This document shows, in pieces, positions 1 through 12,862 of a DNA stretch of 64,000 nt. A program made the translations under genes and the position numbers. This stretch comes from Mobula hypostoma (lineage: Eukaryota). The notes below the pieces were generated by a model. It was not told where the DNA came from, did not search any database, and saw only the letters and a program-made list of their open reading frames with translations. The stretch is from positions 32,986,001 to 33,050,000 of the forward strand of contig NC_086109.1 in assembly GCF_963921235.1 (NCBI RefSeq), written 5' to 3'. The stretch's first letter is position 1. Each line of letters starts with the position of its first letter.

Positions 1-1139
1 GATGTCTTGTAGTTGGAAAAGGCTATTCACAGATAAAGATTTGACATATCCCCAGTCTTCAGCAACAGTTTCTATGACTGAGGATAAAAAATTACATTGC
101 AAAAGTCAATCTGCAAGAAAGGACAGCTCTTGGATTACAAGTTGGTAATTCACAGAAGCTCAAGATATCCAACATTGGCATCTCTTATTCTCCTAAACCT
201 GTTATCTTGATCCTGACGCCACACAACTTTGTCTACACCTAACCATAACATCCATTATAAAATATTATTTACCTGCTGCTCATAAGTCATTTGAAATTTT
301 AAAGTATAATTTACCAAATATAAGCACTTATGGATTTTGCTTTTACTTTAATGACCATGAAACTGTAATACATCCTAGAAACTACCTGAACAGCCACACA
401 TCACCACTTCCCAAGGACCTTAGGGGTACAGCATAAGCTGTTCTACTGAATTGCTAACACCACAAGGTCTAGATAATGAGCAGACCACGTCTCAAGGCTC
501 TTGAACCAATGACAATCAGCATGAATGCTGGATGGTTGAAGCCAAGTTTGGTAGAATGCATTTCTGTTGTGGGCAAAATAGTCAAGCATATGATCAGTAT
601 AGTAGATTTTCCAAATCTTAATGCATTTGTCAATCATCAATATCATGCAAAGCCCATAAATATGAGAAAACAACTCCAGGTCACTGGGAATTTTTCAGTG
701 ATAGTATCCTTTAGAAGTTTTTGAACTGAGAACGCACACATTACTGGGGTTCTTCAGTTCATAATATTTTAATTTTGCAAAGCCCAAATCAGAATACTGG
801 TCTAATTCAGTAGATGGACTCGAATGTTGTGTTAATTGAGACATCAGTAACAATTTAACATTAATGTTTTTTGTTGGCAAAACATTTAGCACAGTCTCTG
901 AAGTTGCCAATATAATGATAATCTTAACACTCATGCATTTTAGTGCTTAAATCACAGTCCAATTTTACTACTTGATTCGAAAGAGGAACTGCCATGATGT
1001 TAATCCAGTAAAGATGGTGAAACTGCCCACTCACTTTATCCATGAACGTAAAACTTCAAATCTATTCTCGATATAAAAAAAATTTATATACTGTGCACAG
1101 ATATATACAAACATGTTTATGTGTGCATACACACAGAAA

Positions 1140-1250
1140 TACACTCTCTCTCTTTCTCTCTCTCGCCCTCTCCCTCTCCCTCTACCCCTCTCCCTCCCCC
1201 CTCCCCCTTTGCTCTCTCTCTCTCTCTCTTTCACACACACACATTCACAC
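1140..1250. repeat. Compound (CT)n/(CA)n microsatellite in the presumed LMOD1 intron 1
   Basis: Visible CT-rich run followed by a CA run. Confidence 0.9.
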
Positions 1251-1449
1251 TCAAAATCAGGCAATTTCACTATCAAGAATCAACTCATTAGAGCATGCAA
1301 ATGAAGAACAGCAGGCATGAATATTTATCACAATGTTTGTTGAATGAACAGAGTATAAGCAAAGTATTAAAGATGTTGTCAATTGTAACTGTAGTACTCA
1401 AACTTTCAATCCATTTTGACTAGTTATTAATATACATCAAAATACTCCT

Positions 1450-1715
1450 GTCAATAGACAACTCCTTCTCTATCAGTCTCTATCTGATTTCTCACAGTAG
1501 GTGAGTATTACCTCCTGATCACACGTTCCTGTTGGCTGCTTCTCTAGCTGGTTTCTCTGTCTCAATCCGACAGCCACACTGGAATTAGGATCCATGACCT
1601 CCAGCTCTATTTGTAGTTCTTGCATTTCCTCCGGAGAAAGATTTGCCAGCAGGTTATCAATATCTGGATCCTCGCTCACCTGCCTTTTGTATTCGTGCTT
1701 TCTAAACCGTGACAT
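1450..1715 (-). pseudogene. LMOD1: Leiomodin-1-like first coding exon, disrupted by a frameshift at ~1481 and lacking the GT donor
   Basis: ATG at 1715 (aaaaATGt) opens MSRFRKHEYKRQVSEDPDIDNLLANLSPEEMQELQIELEVMDPNSSVAVGLRQRNQLEKQPTG..YCEK. This matches the leiomodin-1 N-terminus as I recall it (RQVSEDPDIDxLLxxLSPEEM..GLRQRNQ..CEK). The frame stops at 1473, but homology continues in another frame as RLIEKELSID to 1450. Identity is strong; pseudogene status is less certain. Confidence 0.85.
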
Positions 1716-1893
1716 TTTTTCTACCTTGTGATCCAAAAAAGCCCAAGCTACAGCTGTACAGTCCAGAGTCCCCAGTTGAATCACCCCTTTGCAGTGAAAT
1801 CCAGCTACATCCAAGGAAAGATAGATTTGACAATGTTTGATAGCTTGAATAATAAAACTAGCTGTTGAAGAACCAAGCAAGTGTGTAGTGACT

Positions 1894-2266
1894 CCTTATA
1901 TGATTTAGCAACCAAACATGAAATGGGAAGAATAATTGATGTGAGACTGCACCATTCAGACTCTGCTCCAAGCATTTTTTGAATACTAATTACATAAGCA
2001 GCCAGTTAGCAGTGAGAGGGGGATCTGACAGCCTATCAGTTTAGGTTGCATGGTGAAGACATTCCTCAGAATCCTAAGCAGTCACATTACCAAATTTAGT
2101 ACAGCATATTTAGCCTTGAAAGGCAATAGGAAAAAGTATGGCAAAACTGAGACATAAAAAATGCAAGAGTTGGCAGCATTAAATGTTTAATTAATACTGT
2201 AAAAACTTTCAAAGGCAGAAGAACAAGAAGGAAAAATCCTAGTACAATCAAAAATACTAAATTTGG
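1894..2266. promoter_or_regulatory. Putative LMOD1 proximal promoter with near-consensus CArG boxes and an MCAT site
   Basis: CCTTATATGA (1894-1903), CCAAATTTAG (2090-2099) and CTAAATTTGG (2257-2266) each differ by one base from CC(A/T)6GG. CATTCCT (TEAD/MCAT) lies at 2060-2066. LMOD1 is a known SRF/myocardin target. Confidence 0.4.
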
Positions 2267-3821
2267 GCAGTGTGCTTGAAATCAATTTAGATCAAAATGG
2301 TTTAAACAAGCAAGGTTTGATTTAATCCAAGTTACAAAATAAACTGTAATAATTTTTTTCCCAGTAGAAACATATTCACAGCAAACATACCACCCTCCAA
2401 AAAAATCTCAGTCTGGTAGATCTGTAAACTGCAGTCTATAGAATATCAGAGTGGCATATAGTTGAGTAACAGTGTCTAATATTTGAAATATTTTGGAACA
2501 CAATTTACTATTTAGAATTGGAGCCAAAATGCAATTGGATTAAAACAAGGCTGAATAAATAGAAATATTTTTTGTTATTATATTTTTTCACCTATTGACT
2601 AATTAATCTTGCAATTATATTTCTGAAACTCATTACAAAATTTTGGCAAAGGTTCACATCTCAGCATTTTTGGCATAGAAGCCTACTACTGATATTGAAA
2701 TGACTTCCTCCTGCCTCCTTTACAGGCATTCTGGAAGAGTGAAGCTTACATGTGCCAAAAGCTCATTGTTAAACCTGTGAAACACTATGCATCTTCAGGT
2801 GCTTCAGAATAAGTCATTCCACCTCATAAATTTGATGGACTTCTTGGCTGGTCTGCACAAGATGGGCTGAAGTGCCTGCTGTAATTTCAATTTCTGGCTA
2901 TTTCATTCAATTTCAGGCTAATACAGGCATCAAAATAAAGGAAATAGACTCATTTAGCCTATTGTGTATGATTCTCTTGTATTAGTATTGCTTCTGAAGA
3001 TTAAGACATTTTAGAAGAGCATTTGACTAGAACTCAATTCTGTCATTAATGCTCAACCATGAATGAGCTTATTTTGCTCTATCTTTAAATTTATTACATG
3101 AACTTTGAGACAAAAATGTTGAGTCCAATGGATTGACTTATTAGTAATGAGCAGATGCCTAAATTCTTCTTCCCAACCATGGGTCCATGCTCTTTCCTTT
3201 AATTTTTTTTCTCTGAGCTGCCTACAAAAGGACATTGAGGGTGAACTCTTTCGAATGCTCACACCAAGTACCAAGAGATGGAGCATGTGTGATACATGTT
3301 CTACATATGGAGACCTGACAATCCTACCTTGACCTTATGTATGTCAAAGCTATAGTACAGAAACAGCTGGTCTATATCCGGAGGTAATGCTCTGAGTGAA
3401 CCTCCTCTCTTTTTCATCATTAAACCCTATCATTACAGACTTTAATCTAACAAATATAGCAAGATCTTGTTCGACCAGATAACCAGGCTTAGCCTCTATA
3501 TTCTTCATTGTAGTAAAAGACAGGACAATGCATAATACTTTAGGTGTGCATTATAAGACCTGATAGAAGATTAACATATCTTCTCCACTTCTCAGTTTTA
3601 TCTGTCCAGAAATGAAGTTCAAAGTTCCAAAACTGAGACCAACTTTTCAGTCCTCAGCTTTCTAAGTCAGGGTCATCAGAGTCTTACAACAAAAGAAACA
3701 GGTTCTTCAACTCCACCTACTGTATGTCTATGCTGGCCAACATGTCTACCTAATCTTCCATACAATAATTCCATATTCCTCTACACCTTGTTCATTCAAA
3801 TATCTGTCCAGTTGCCTCTTC

Positions 3822-4095
3822 AGTGGCAACGTAACAGTTAGAGCAACACTATCACAGCACGGGGCATGCACTTCCAGCGCTGTAGGTAAGGAGTCTATAC
3901 ATCCCACCCGTGGAATGCAAGGGATTTCCTTGAGTGCCCTGGCTTCCTCCCGCAGTCCAGAGACTTACAATGCTCATTGTAAATTGACCTGTGATTAGGT
4001 TGGAGTTAGGCAAGTTTGTCAGGGGTTGCTGGGGGGGGGGGAGGGTGGGGGCCGCGTGGCTCAGAGGGCCTACTCTGTACTGTGTTGCTAAACAA
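3822..4095 (+). mobile_element. V-SINE-like SINE, decayed
   Basis: tRNA-like head followed by the V-domain-like core gtttcc..gtgc(c)ctggcttcctcccgcagtccagagac. Related copies at ~16930-17160 (-), ~54010-54290 (+) and ~56510-56720 (+). Confidence 0.6.
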
Positions 4096-4315
4096 ATGAC
4101 TGATGTTACTGTTCCTGCATCAATTACTTCCTCTGGTAACTCAGTCAAAATACTGCATGTGTGAAAAATTTACCACTTACATCCCCTTTAAACCTTTTTA
4201 CTCTCTCTCCTTAGACTAATGTCCTCTAGTTTTAGCCACCCTTACAATACAAAACAGATCCTAGCTACTTACCTTATCTATTCCATTCATCACTTTATAT
4301 ACCTCTATTGTATCC

Positions 4316-4524
4316 CCAGCCGGTGGTGTAGGGGCATCCAGACCAGACTGTGAGATGAGAGGTCCTGGGTTCGAATCCGGCCGCCTCCTTGCCCGCTTTC
4401 CATCCGCGCTGGGCTGAGTGTTGAGCTAGCAACTTGGCCTCGTAAAAAACAGACAACATGCTAAAGAAGCAGCAAGGCTGCCTCCCAATGCGCCACAAGA
4501 CACGGAGAGGAAGAATAACAATAA
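4316..4524 (+). mobile_element. tRNA-derived SINE
   Basis: Pol III A box (TGGTGTAGGGG) and B box (GGTTCGAATCC), non-tRNA body, aataacaataa tail, and an imperfect TSD attgtatc/attatatc inside the CR1. Confidence 0.75.
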
Positions 4525-5168
4525 TTATATCACCTCTTAGCCTCTTTCACTCTGGGGAGAACAAACCCAGCCTATCCAAGAAAACAAACTTGCTCTATAA
4601 TCCAACATCCGCAGTCTCTTGTGTCCCCAACCTATCCAATCTCTCCTTATAATACAAACTCTCCAATTCAGCTAAATCCTTACAATTCTTTTCTGCACCC
4701 TCTCTAGTTTCGAAGTGCTGTGTAACTGTAAGGCGACTAATTCCACGTGCTTCTTCGGCTGATGAAGGCAACCATGTCACATACCTCCATCAGTACCCTG
4801 TCTATCTGTGTTGCCACTTTTAGAGAACTTTGTACTTACACCTGAAGGTCCCACTGTGCAACAGCACTTCCCTGGGCCTTGTGTATGTCTGCCCTAGTTT
4901 AACTTAAAGAAATGTAATACTTCACACTTGTCTAAGTTAAATTCCAAGAGCCATTCGATTGGCCACTTTCCCAGTTGATTGATATCCCGTAACCGCAGGC
5001 AGTCTTCATTACAGTCCACTAAACCACCCATGTTTGTGTCATCTGCAAATCTACTAATCTGAAACCACGTTCTCCTCCAAATCATTCACACATATGACAA
5101 ACAACAGAGGACCCAAAACCAACCCTTTCAACATCACCACTGCTCAGGAGCCTCCAATCTGAAAGACA

Positions 5169-6028
5169 CTACTATTACTACTACTACTACTACGTCGACT
5201 CAGGCCTAGGGGGCCGGCGTCGGGCACGATGACGAACTCTTCACTTCTCCCTCTCCCTCATCAGCGTGTTCAGTTCATCTACATTAGCCGTGCCGCTGTC
5301 TTCTAGGAGCATGTTGACCATAGTCTTGGGAGGGCGCCCAGGGTTCATTCTCCCATGCTTGGGCTCCCATATGATGACCAGGCTGGCAGGTAGCTCGGGG
5401 TGGCGTAGACAGTGCCCCGCTGGTTGCAGTCTTCTCGCCTCGATTTTAGTGGTGAGCATCTGTGGGTCATTATAGAGCTCGACGTTCGTCATGTGCTGTT
5501 GCCAACTCACATCAAGAGCCATCCGGAACATTCGTGTATAGCAACCATCTAGAGACTTTCGCATAGTCTTGGTGAGTGTCCACATCTAGCATCTGTACGT
5601 GAGAATGGACTCTATGACTGCTATGAAAATCCTCTTTTTAAGCCCTCTGGTCAGGTTCGACTTCCAGATTTCCTTCATGTCATTCATAGCCCTCCACGCC
5701 AGCGCCTTCCGTATCTTTATTTCCCTCTCCAAATTCATCATTCTTGACCCGAAGTACTTGTAGTCTTTACCACCTATGACCGACTGAAGGAAGAGGAACT
5801 AGCTGAGAGGATTAGAGAGGTAGAGGCTGCTAACGAAGACATGCAGCATGGAGAAGCATGGCACCTAGTCAACAAGATCAGTAGACGGAAGAAGTCCCCA
5901 TCAGGTCAAATAAATGGTAAAACAGCAGAAGACTGTGTCCAGACATGGTTTACCCACTTTGAGAACCTGCTGTGAAGCCCTCCAGCAATCACAGAAGAAG
6001 AAAAGGACATACCCACAATACCAACACA
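5169..6028 (-). mobile_element. RTE-clade LINE 3' fragment with (TAG)n tail and a 5' inversion
   Basis: ORF 5241-5585 (WTLTKTMRKSLDGCYTRMFRMALDVSWQQHMTNVELY..RRLQPAGHCLRH..GRPPKT) is an RTE RT C-terminus. Tail at 5169-5193; ~5770-6028 is in the opposite orientation; imperfect TSD aatctgaaagaca/agtctgtaagaca. Confidence 0.8.
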
Positions 6029-6107
6029 AGTCTGTAAGACAACCCTTCACCAACATCCTCTGATTCCTACCACCAAGCCAATTTTGTAACCAATCAGCTG
6101 GCTTACC

Positions 6108-6185
6108 CTAGTTCCCAACCTGGAGTACATGGACCCCTCAGTTAATAGTAGGGGTCCATGGCATAAAAAAGTTTGGGAACTCCGG
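6108..6185. mobile_element. ~80-bp hAT (Charlie-type) MITE, copy 1
   Basis: agttcccaac...tttgggaact termini with an internal ggacccc/ggggtcc stem; same family as 27940 and 48818. Confidence 0.7.
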
Positions 6186-7019
6186 CCCTAGATCCACATG
6201 CACATTCCTGGACCAGCATATCATGTGGAATCTTATCAAAGGTCTTGCTGAAGTCATATCTACCTCCATGCTCTTGTCAATACTCTTGTCCACCTCTTCA
6301 AAAATCCACATCATACTGACTCTCCCAATTCGGCCCTTACCTTTCCAGTTGCAAGTAAACCCTGTCTCTCAGAAGCCCTTCCATTAAGTTTCCCACCACT
6401 GATGTAAGTCTCACTGAGGTAAGGCCTGATGTTATGATATAAGAAGTACTCATCCAATTATTTTTTTAACCTTGTGAGGTTTTCTGTCTCCATCACACTT
6501 TCCAGCAACGAGTGCCAGATCTGTACCATTCTTACAGTGAAAAACTCTAACGATCCTAGTTAAACCTTCCCCAACCTCTGTTCTGAAGCAAACAAGTTAG
6601 GTTCTCAATTCTTTCCCCCTCAATTCTTTCCCCGGAAGTAAACTTCTCCATCTCCAGTGAAATACAGTGAACTTCACCTGGTACTGTCATTGTGCTAGGT
6701 TTGTGACAGGTCATAAATTATAAGGAGATAAATGGGGGAATGGGAATGTTGGTAATGATCTGAGAATAGCATAGTCTTAATGAGCTAAAAAGCCTTTTGT
6801 GTTCTGAAGAAATATGGGAACATGCGATTTTATGGTTGTTACTGTTTTCTTTAGTGGAGTTTAAAGCTAAAGGGATAGATTGCATATAGTACGTGCTTCA
6901 AACTTTCATAAACTATGCAGTGAATGGAAATTGCTTTTGCTGCTTTCAGTTTGAAGTCTAGATTATTTAAGTCAACCAGCATGACTAATCTAATAAGAAG
7001 TAATTATTTATGTCAATCA

Positions 7020-7443
7020 GAGGTAGTGGGTAGTGGCTCCATGTGTCACTACTACAGAGCGTGACGACCCTGCCTTACACGAGTCCCAGGCTCAGGTGGC
7101 TCCGGCTGACAGTACCCGGTATGGTTCCCTATCCAGGGTTACCGATCCCACTGTCCTGTGGGTATATTTGGGAGAAGAGAAGGCTAAGGAGTAAACCCTA
7201 CGTAAATCCGGAGTGAAGCCCCTAAGGCGGTTGGATGACCTATCACGTCACCTCCCGGCAGCTCCTGCAGCCAAGCTGATGCCAACTGTACTGCTTCGCA
7301 TTCCTTTGGACCACATCCGCGAGACTGAGAGGGGGATCTTGATGTCTGGGCAGCCCAGGATCTCCATATTCATCGTCCAGGTCTGCTCCCCAAAAGGGTG
7401 CATCCATTGTCTACTTAGACAGACAGAGCTGTTATTATTATTA
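7020..7443 (+). mobile_element. ~420-bp short non-autonomous retroposon with an RTE-like 5' UTR, copy 1
   Basis: Highly similar end to end to 29565-29985; (TTA)n tail; TSD tttatgtcaatca on both sides. Confidence 0.75.
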
Positions 7444-7739
7444 TTTATGTCAATCATAATTTTGCCCTCTGAACACATAATGCTTGAGCTGTCACACATT
7501 TAGTTGAGAAATTCTGGAGTGGTCTGTCTTTCTTTGGATCTATTGTGGACTCTTAAGTTATTTTTTAATATAGATGCTTCTTTCCTTAAGCCTCCACTTG
7601 AACAAAAGGGACATGGTCAAATTTAGGTTCTATGATTACTTTTTAGGTTGAAGTACCTACAGCCACAATGATGATTGGAAGCTGAGCAGTGGAACTTACG
7701 ATATGTGTGGAAAATACAGAAGGCAGGCATGTAATGCCA

Positions 7740-9860
7740 AAGCAACACACACAAAATGCTGGAGGAACTCAACAGGTCAGGCAGCATCTTATGGAAGTGA
7801 TCATACAGTCAACATTTCAGGCCAAGGCTCTTCATCAGGACTGGAAAGGAAAGAGGAAGAAGCCAGAATAAGAAGGCGGGAGGGGGCAAGGAAAGTGTAA
7901 AGCTGGAACGTGATAGGTGAAGCCAGGTGGGTGAGGGAGGATGATGAAATACGAAGCTGGGAGGTGATAGGTGGAAAAGGTAAAGGGCTGGAGATGAAGG
8001 ACTCTGTTAGGAGAGAAGAGTGAACCATGGGAGAAGGGGAAGGAGGAGGGGAACCGGGGGGGGGGGTGATAAGCGGAGGAGAAGAGAAGAGGTGGGGAGT
8101 CACAGTGGGGAATTGAAGACGAGGGAAAGGAGAAGGGGACAAATTACCAGAAGTTGGAGAAATTGATGTTCACACAATCAGGTTGGAGGTTACGTAGATG
8201 GAAATGAGATGTTGCTGCTACAACCTGAGCATGGCCTCATCGTGGCTGTGAAGGAGGCCATGGACTGGCATGTCAAAATTGGAATAAGGTTTGGAATTAA
8301 AATGGCTGGCCATTGGGAAATCCTGCTTTTTGTGGATGGAGCAAAGGTGCTCGACAAATTAGTTCCTCAATCTACATTGAGCTTCACCAATGTAGAGGAG
8401 GCTGCTTCGGGAGTACCAGACACAGTAAATGACAGCAACAGATTCGCAGGTGAGGTGTGAACGATCACCTGGAAGGACTGTTAGGAGCCCTGAATAGAGG
8501 TGCGGGAGGAAGTGAATAGGCAGCTGTAGCATTCCTTCTGGGTAGGTAAAGATGTGTTTGGTGGTAGGGTCCTGTTGAAGTTGGAGAATGATGTGCTGGA
8601 TGTGGAGGGTCATGGTGTGGTAGGAAAGGAGAAGACGAACTTTATCCATTTTAAGGTGGTGGAAAAAAGAGGTGGGGGGATGTCTGGGAAATGGAGGAGA
8701 TCTGGGTGAGGGCATCATCATCGGTGGAGGAAGGGAAACCCCGTCCTCTGAGGAAGGAGGACATCTCTGATGTCTTGGAAAGGAAAGCCACTTCCTAGGA
8801 ACAGATGCAGCAGAGACAAAGGAACTGAGAAAAGGGAATTGCATTTTTACAGAAGACAAGGTGGGAAGAGGTACAGTCAAGATAACCATGGGAGTCAGTA
8901 GCTTTCTAAAATATATCAGTAGACTGTTTGTCTCCAGAGATACAGACAGAGAGATCAAGAAAGAGATTAGAGGTATCAGAAATGGATCAAGTGAATTTAA
9001 GGGCAGATTGGAAGTTGGAAGTAAAGTTGATTAAATTGAGGAACTCAGCACGGGTGCATGAAGCAGCGCCAATGCAGTCATCAATGTAGCTCAGAAAGAG
9101 TAGGGTAGCATTACCAGGGAAGGCTTGGGACGTGTTCTGTTGCACGTGACCAATGAAAAGGTGGGCATAGTTGGGGCCCATGCAGGTGCTCATGGCTACA
9201 CCTTGAGTTTGGAGAAAGTGGGAGGAGCTGAAAGAAAAATTGTTGAATGTGAAGACCAGTTCCGCCAGGGAGGAGGCTGGTGGTGAAGGGAAAATGGTCG
9301 GGACTGTTGTTGAGAAAGAAGCGGAGAGCTTCAAGGCCTTCTTAATGGGGGAGGAATTGTATAGGGAGTATACATCCGTGGTGATGAGGGCCAGGGAATT
9401 GAAGGTTGTTGAAGAGACTGAGGCATGTGAAGTGTTGCAGATGTAGGTAGGAAGGGACTGAACCAAGGGGGATAAAATGGAGTCAAGGTATGTAGACATG
9501 ATTTCAGTGGGGCAGGAGCAGGCAGAGACAATAGGCCTCCCTTTACTCTCAGATTTGTGGTTCTTGGGTAGGTGGTAGAAATGAGCAGCGTCAGGTATGG
9601 AACAATGAGTTTGGTGGCAGTCAATGAGAGACCTCGAGAGTTCATGAGGTTGGTGATGGTGCCAGAGACAATGGCCTATTGGTCCTGAGTGGGGTCCTTT
9701 TCAAGGGGAAAGTAAGAAGAGGTGTCTGAAATTTTCCACCTGGCCTCAGCAAGGTGGAGGTCATTCCACCAGACTACAACAGCACCCCCTTTGTCTGCGG
9801 TTTATTGGTGAGGTTGAGATTGGTGTGGAGTGAGTGGAGGGCAGTGTGTTCAGAGGGGCT
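7740..9860 (-). mobile_element. Penelope-like element (older subfamily): degraded RT, GIY-YIG endonuclease and pseudo-LTR
   Basis: ORF 8987-9499 has QTQGVAMSTCMGPNYAHLF..SYIDD; ORF 8359-8958 has TCES..VIYC..LYIGE; 3' end carries a hammerhead-like motif. Confidence 0.9.
7807..7842 (-). ncRNA. Degenerate minimal hammerhead ribozyme motif in Penelope pseudo-LTR
   Basis: Minus strand reads AGUC-CUGAUGA-AGAGCCUUGGCCU-GAAA-UGUU-GACU. Confidence 0.6.
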
Positions 9861-9869
9861 AAGGTAACA

Positions 9870-10498
9870 CCAGACCTCATTGCAGGGGTCAGGTGTGGAA
9901 AGAGTGAGCAGCTTTAAGTGCCTGGGTGTCAACATCATGAAGGATCTGTCCTGGGCTTAATACATTGATTCAGTCATCAAGAAGGCATAGCAGTGGCTCT
10001 ATTTTGTTAAGAGTTTGTGGAAATTTGGTATGTCACAAAAGACTTTTGAAATCTCTGTAGATGTACGGTGCAGACCAATTTAACCGGTTGCATAATAACC
10101 TGCTATGGAGACTCCAATTCACGGGATCAAAAGAGGCTACAGAGGGTTGCAGACTCACTGCTTGCCACCGCTGAGTACATCTTCAAAAGGCAGTGCCTCA
10201 AGAAGCTGGCATCCATCCTCAAGAATCTTCACCATCTGGGACATGCCCTCTTCTTGTTACGACCATCAGGGAGGAGGTACAGGAGTCCGAAGACACACAT
10301 TCAATGATTCAGGGTCAGCTTCTTTCCCTCCACCATTAGATTTCTGAATGGTCCACAAACCTCTGGCCATGATTTTGTTATTCCTTTTTCTGCATTATTT
10401 ATTTTGCAATTTGTAGTAACTTATGTCTTTGCACTGCTGCCACAAAACGGACATCAAGTCATATAAAACAGCAATAAAAAACCTGATTCTGATACTGA
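9870..10498 (+). mobile_element. Rex1/Babar LINE 3' fragment
   Basis: LTGCIITCYG..LQRV..HLGHALFLLRPSGRRYRS motif and ctgattctga tail. Confidence 0.8.
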
Positions 10499-12254
10499 AT
10501 AAACACAACTGGGCAAAAATAGCAATTGGATATCCCCTATGATTGGTGTGTGAATGGTGGACTGCTGTTTTCCCTTGTGCAGAATCAGACACCACCAAAA
10601 TAAGCGTGAAAATGGGATATCTTTGCTTTCAGAACTGTTGCCCTGGTTTCCCCCGGAAAGAATTCAAGCTTTTGACTTATGCAATTATGCCAACAGCTGC
10701 GACACAATCTATGAGCTGAATCATAGATGAGCAAATGAGGGGAAAATTGCAGGGTTGTGAGTCACTTTGATTGACCTCATAGCAATCGTGGAAGAAGTGG
10801 CTGAAAACAGGGTTGTGTTTCTGTCTGGAAAACTGTACCCTCCAACTCCTGGAACAGCCTGACCCCACACTGTGTCTCAGGGGCCAAACAATCTACGCTT
10901 TATTCTTTTTATTATAATCTTAGGTTCATAGTCGGACTCACAGTGCCAGTATTCTGCAGAACTATAATCGTGGAAGATAATAAAAGGAAAAGTAAACTAC
11001 AGTGTACCTTGTGAGGTTTAGCAAAAGAAAAAATAATATTACAAATGGCTTTTAAAATAAAAGGAAGTCAATTACTTTTGAAAGGTGGACATGTCCGTTT
11101 ATATAAGAAATACCAGAGTTATAACCTTGCATGAATTTGTTCCTTAAATTCCTTACTGCTTGCACAAGGAAAGTTAAAGTTTAATGTGCTTGTGTTCTAT
11201 TTTTATAATTTTATGGAAGTTTAGACTTAATGAACTCAGAAAGGGTGTAGAAAGATTCAGTTCATGAAATGCATTTTCTGGAATGTTTTAGGGTCATCTT
11301 ATACTGTTTAATATTGTTATGCCAGGAAAAGGCTGGCAAAGTTGTCTGTTCCAGTGCTTAACTCTACCATATAAGGAAAATGTAAACAGAAAATGGACTT
11401 AAAATTGCTCTCATTCTCGAAAAGTCTCTGAAAAGAAAAACATAGGTTACAGTCTCAGAATAGGGAGTGAGCCATTTTGGAGAATGTCGAGAAACGCCAT
11501 GTAAAGGGCGAATCTTTGGAATATCTACCCTGGAGAGCCTTGGAGGCTCACCCATTGAGTTCAAGGCAGAGATCAACAGCTTTTTGGTTATTAACACAAT
11601 TAAAGGATGTAGAGATAGTGTTGAAAATGGCACTGACGATGAAGATCAACTATGATCTCACTGAATATCACAGCAAGATCTAAGGGCCAAATGACCTATG
11701 GTTTGTCTTACATTTCATATTCTTATACTTTTACCAATTCAGCAATCATTCTAATTTGCAGAAAGATAAACCAGTTAAATTGATGGGGGACGGAATCAAA
11801 ACATTGGACATTAGTATATATTTTGAGACTGCAGGAAAGCTTTTAGAGATTTAGTATGATTCCAGCAGAATATATTCATCATACAGTGCATGTTGCACTG
11901 AACAATATTAATAACACCTGTGAAGTGAATGTTACTACAAGGTAGACAACAAGTTTCAATTGATTTAATGCCACGATTGCAACTTTGGCTAAGACTCTCT
12001 CCTGAATAGACTTGGCTGAATGCGTGTTTAGCTGCTGGAAGGAAACATTATCATTACTATGGAAAGAGATTGTTCACTACTTGCAGGTTAGAGGCTGATT
12101 GGTTTCTTTGTTAAGGCTTTTGCATAATCCATTTGAGTCTAGACACTACTGCAGTAGTAGAAATTAGAGTCACAAAATAACAAGGTGAATGACCAGACCA
12201 GATTTAGAAGAGGAATTAGAAGAGGGAAAACAATGGTTCTCCTTAAAAACCACA

Positions 12255-12862
12255 CTTATAATTTATTAGGAGTTTGAAGCGATTAGGCATGTCAACAAAT
12301 ACACTCAAAAACTTCTATAGTTGTGCCATGGAGAGCATTCTGACAGGCTGCATCACTGTCTGGTATGGGAGGGGCTACTGCACAGGACCGAAAGAAGTTG
12401 CAGAAGGTTGTAAATCTAGTCAGCTCCATCTTGGGCACCAGCCTACAAAGTACCCTGAACATCTTCAGGGAGCGGTGTCTCAGAAAGGCAGCGTCCATTA
12501 TTAAAGACCTCCAGCACCCAGGGCATGCCCTTTTCTCACTGATACTATCAGGTAGGAGATACAGAAGCCTGAAGGCACCCACTCAGTGATTCAGGAACAG
12601 CTTCTTCCCCTCTGCCATCCGATTCCTGAATGGACTTTGAAGCTTTGTACACTACTTCACTTTTTTTAATATACAGTATTTCTGTTTTTGCACATTTTTA
12701 ATAATCTATTCAATATACGTAATTGATTTACTTGTTTATTTATAATTATGTTTTTTTTCTCTCTTTGCTAGATTATGTATTGCATTGAACTACTGCTGTT
12801 AAGTTCACAAATTTCACGTCACATGTCGGTGATAACAAACCTGATTCTGATTCTGACTCTGA
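12255..12862 (+). mobile_element. Rex1/Babar LINE 3' fragment (young)
   Basis: ESILTGCITVWYG..HPGHALFSLILSGRRYRS and (TCTGAT)n tail; very similar to 48260-48818. Confidence 0.9.

Larger units (their letters stand above)
3670..6420 (-). mobile_element. Decayed CR1 LINE (RT/3' region) hosting several younger insertions
   Basis: ORF 4894-5085 reads ISRFADDT..LRDINQLGKW..WLLEFNLDKCEVLHF, the CR1 RT C-terminus. Interrupted by two SINEs, an RTE and a MITE. Confidence 0.75.

Noticed and set aside
1031..1320. Short ORFs over the CT/CA repeat
   Set aside because: Microsatellite-derived low-complexity translations.
1716..1880. N-terminal extension of the LMOD1 ORF in the ORF track
   Set aside because: It starts at a non-ATG codon, and homology begins at the ATG at 1715; this is 5' UTR or promoter.
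4318..4392. tRNA gene
   Set aside because: A and B boxes are present, but there is no complete cloverleaf and the sequence continues into a SINE body and tail.
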